Assembly (NCBI RefSeq): GCF_006345805.1
Contig: NW_021828775.1
Coordinates: forward strand, 1-7,729
DNA: 7,729 bases
Direction: 5' to 3'
Origin: Octopus sinensis
Taxonomy: Eukaryota
The translations under genes and the position numbers were made by a program. Below, in pieces: positions 7,029-7,729 of the stretch (its first letter is position 1; the number at the start of each line of letters is the position of its first letter). The notes under the pieces are model-generated. The model had not been told where the DNA came from and searched no databases. It worked only from the letters and a program-made list of their open reading frames with translations.

Positions 7029-7729
7029 TATAGATAGATAGATAGATAGATATATAGATAGATAAGTTTCTTTATTGGCCACACAGGGCTGCACACAGAT
7101 GGGACAAGTTACAATGTAGAGCTTTTCTTTTGGGGGATGAAAAAAAACAAAAAAAAACGAAAAAGAAACAAAAAAAAGTGACGTAGGTTTTCGATCAAAA
7201 GGGATCGTAAAAGGGAAAAAAAGAACAAAAAATGAAATATAAAAAAAAAGGAAAAGGAACAAAAGAAAAGAGAAATGAAAAAAGAAGAAAAAAGAGGAAA
7301 AAAATGGGAAGAGGGAAAAAAAACGATCAATAGGGATCGTGTATCACAGTGTTATGATGTATGGTGTAAAGGGAAAGCAAGTAAGGTTTATCCGTGGGAA
7401 GAAAAGCCTACGAAAAACCACGGTAACCTTGGTCAATATTGTTATATGTTACCACATTTATTTGCAAGTGGGTAACCCTCTATTTTCAATTTCTGGGTTC
7501 ATAGGATTATGCTCAAGGTGGCTTCGTCTTCATACGTGCCATCCTTGCTACATTCACCCATCTTTTTTAAAACATTCGCTAGACAAAACTTGCCTCTCTA
7601 CTCTCACTTTCCTTTCAAGTGATACTTGAAGAAGTTGATGAGAGATTGACCAGAGAGGAAAGTGTTTGTCTCTAATCCTTTCAGGCGCGTCCACCAGATA
7701 CATTCTTTCGCCATAGCCCAAGGATGATG
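7029..7729 (-). mobile_element. 3' end of an L1/Tx1-like non-LTR retrotransposon: ORF2 C-terminus, 3' UTR, poly(A) signal and (TATC)n tail
   Basis: ORF2-like remnant at 7499-7729, U-rich (minus-strand) UTR tract at about 7139-7323, AATAAA on the minus strand at 7071-7076, then GAAACT and (TATC)n at 7029-7064. The element runs off the right edge of the window. Confidence 0.78.
7499..7729 (-). pseudogene. Frameshifted C-terminal fragment of LINE ORF2 (Tx1/L1-like)
   Basis: The minus strand reads AMAKECIWWTRLKGLETNTFLSGQSLINFFKYHL / RKVRVERQVLSSECFKK / WVNVARMARM / DEATLSIIL* with three 1-nt frameshifts and TGA at 7499-7501. The AK..IW..R...E....F...W pattern resembles Tx1-clade ORF2 C-termini (recall, not searched). 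Confidence 0.72.

Noticed and set aside
7339-7629. 96-aa plus-strand ORF
   Set aside because: It is antisense to the LINE ORF2 and 3' UTR; the recognisable protein signal is on the minus strand.

Overview
AT-rich, non-coding eukaryotic DNA made almost entirely of repeats. The SINE, LINE and DNA-transposon families match, from my recall only, repeats typical of octopus (cephalopod) genomes. No intact protein-coding gene, tRNA/rRNA gene or CRISPR array is supported, and most supplied ORFs are microsatellite or antisense-repeat artefacts. From left to right: (1) a dead Tc1/mariner transposase fragment (minus strand) ending in a 56-bp foldback palindrome; (2) about 1.2 kb of compound microsatellites; (3) four tRNA-derived SINE copies or fragments that share modules (one dimeric, one apparently chimeric); (4) a 1104-bp non-coding element (5008-6111) with long diverged terminal inverted repeats, GG...CC termini and a perfect 8-bp target-site duplication, a candidate Merlin- or Mutator-like non-autonomous DNA transposon; (5) a GACA/GATA array with higher-order units; (6) the 3' end of an L1/Tx1-like LINE (minus strand) with a frameshifted ORF2 C-terminus, twin hairpins in the 3' UTR, AATAAA and a (TATC)n tail. 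I see no evidence of a new protein-coding system; the interesting signals concern mobile-element architecture.
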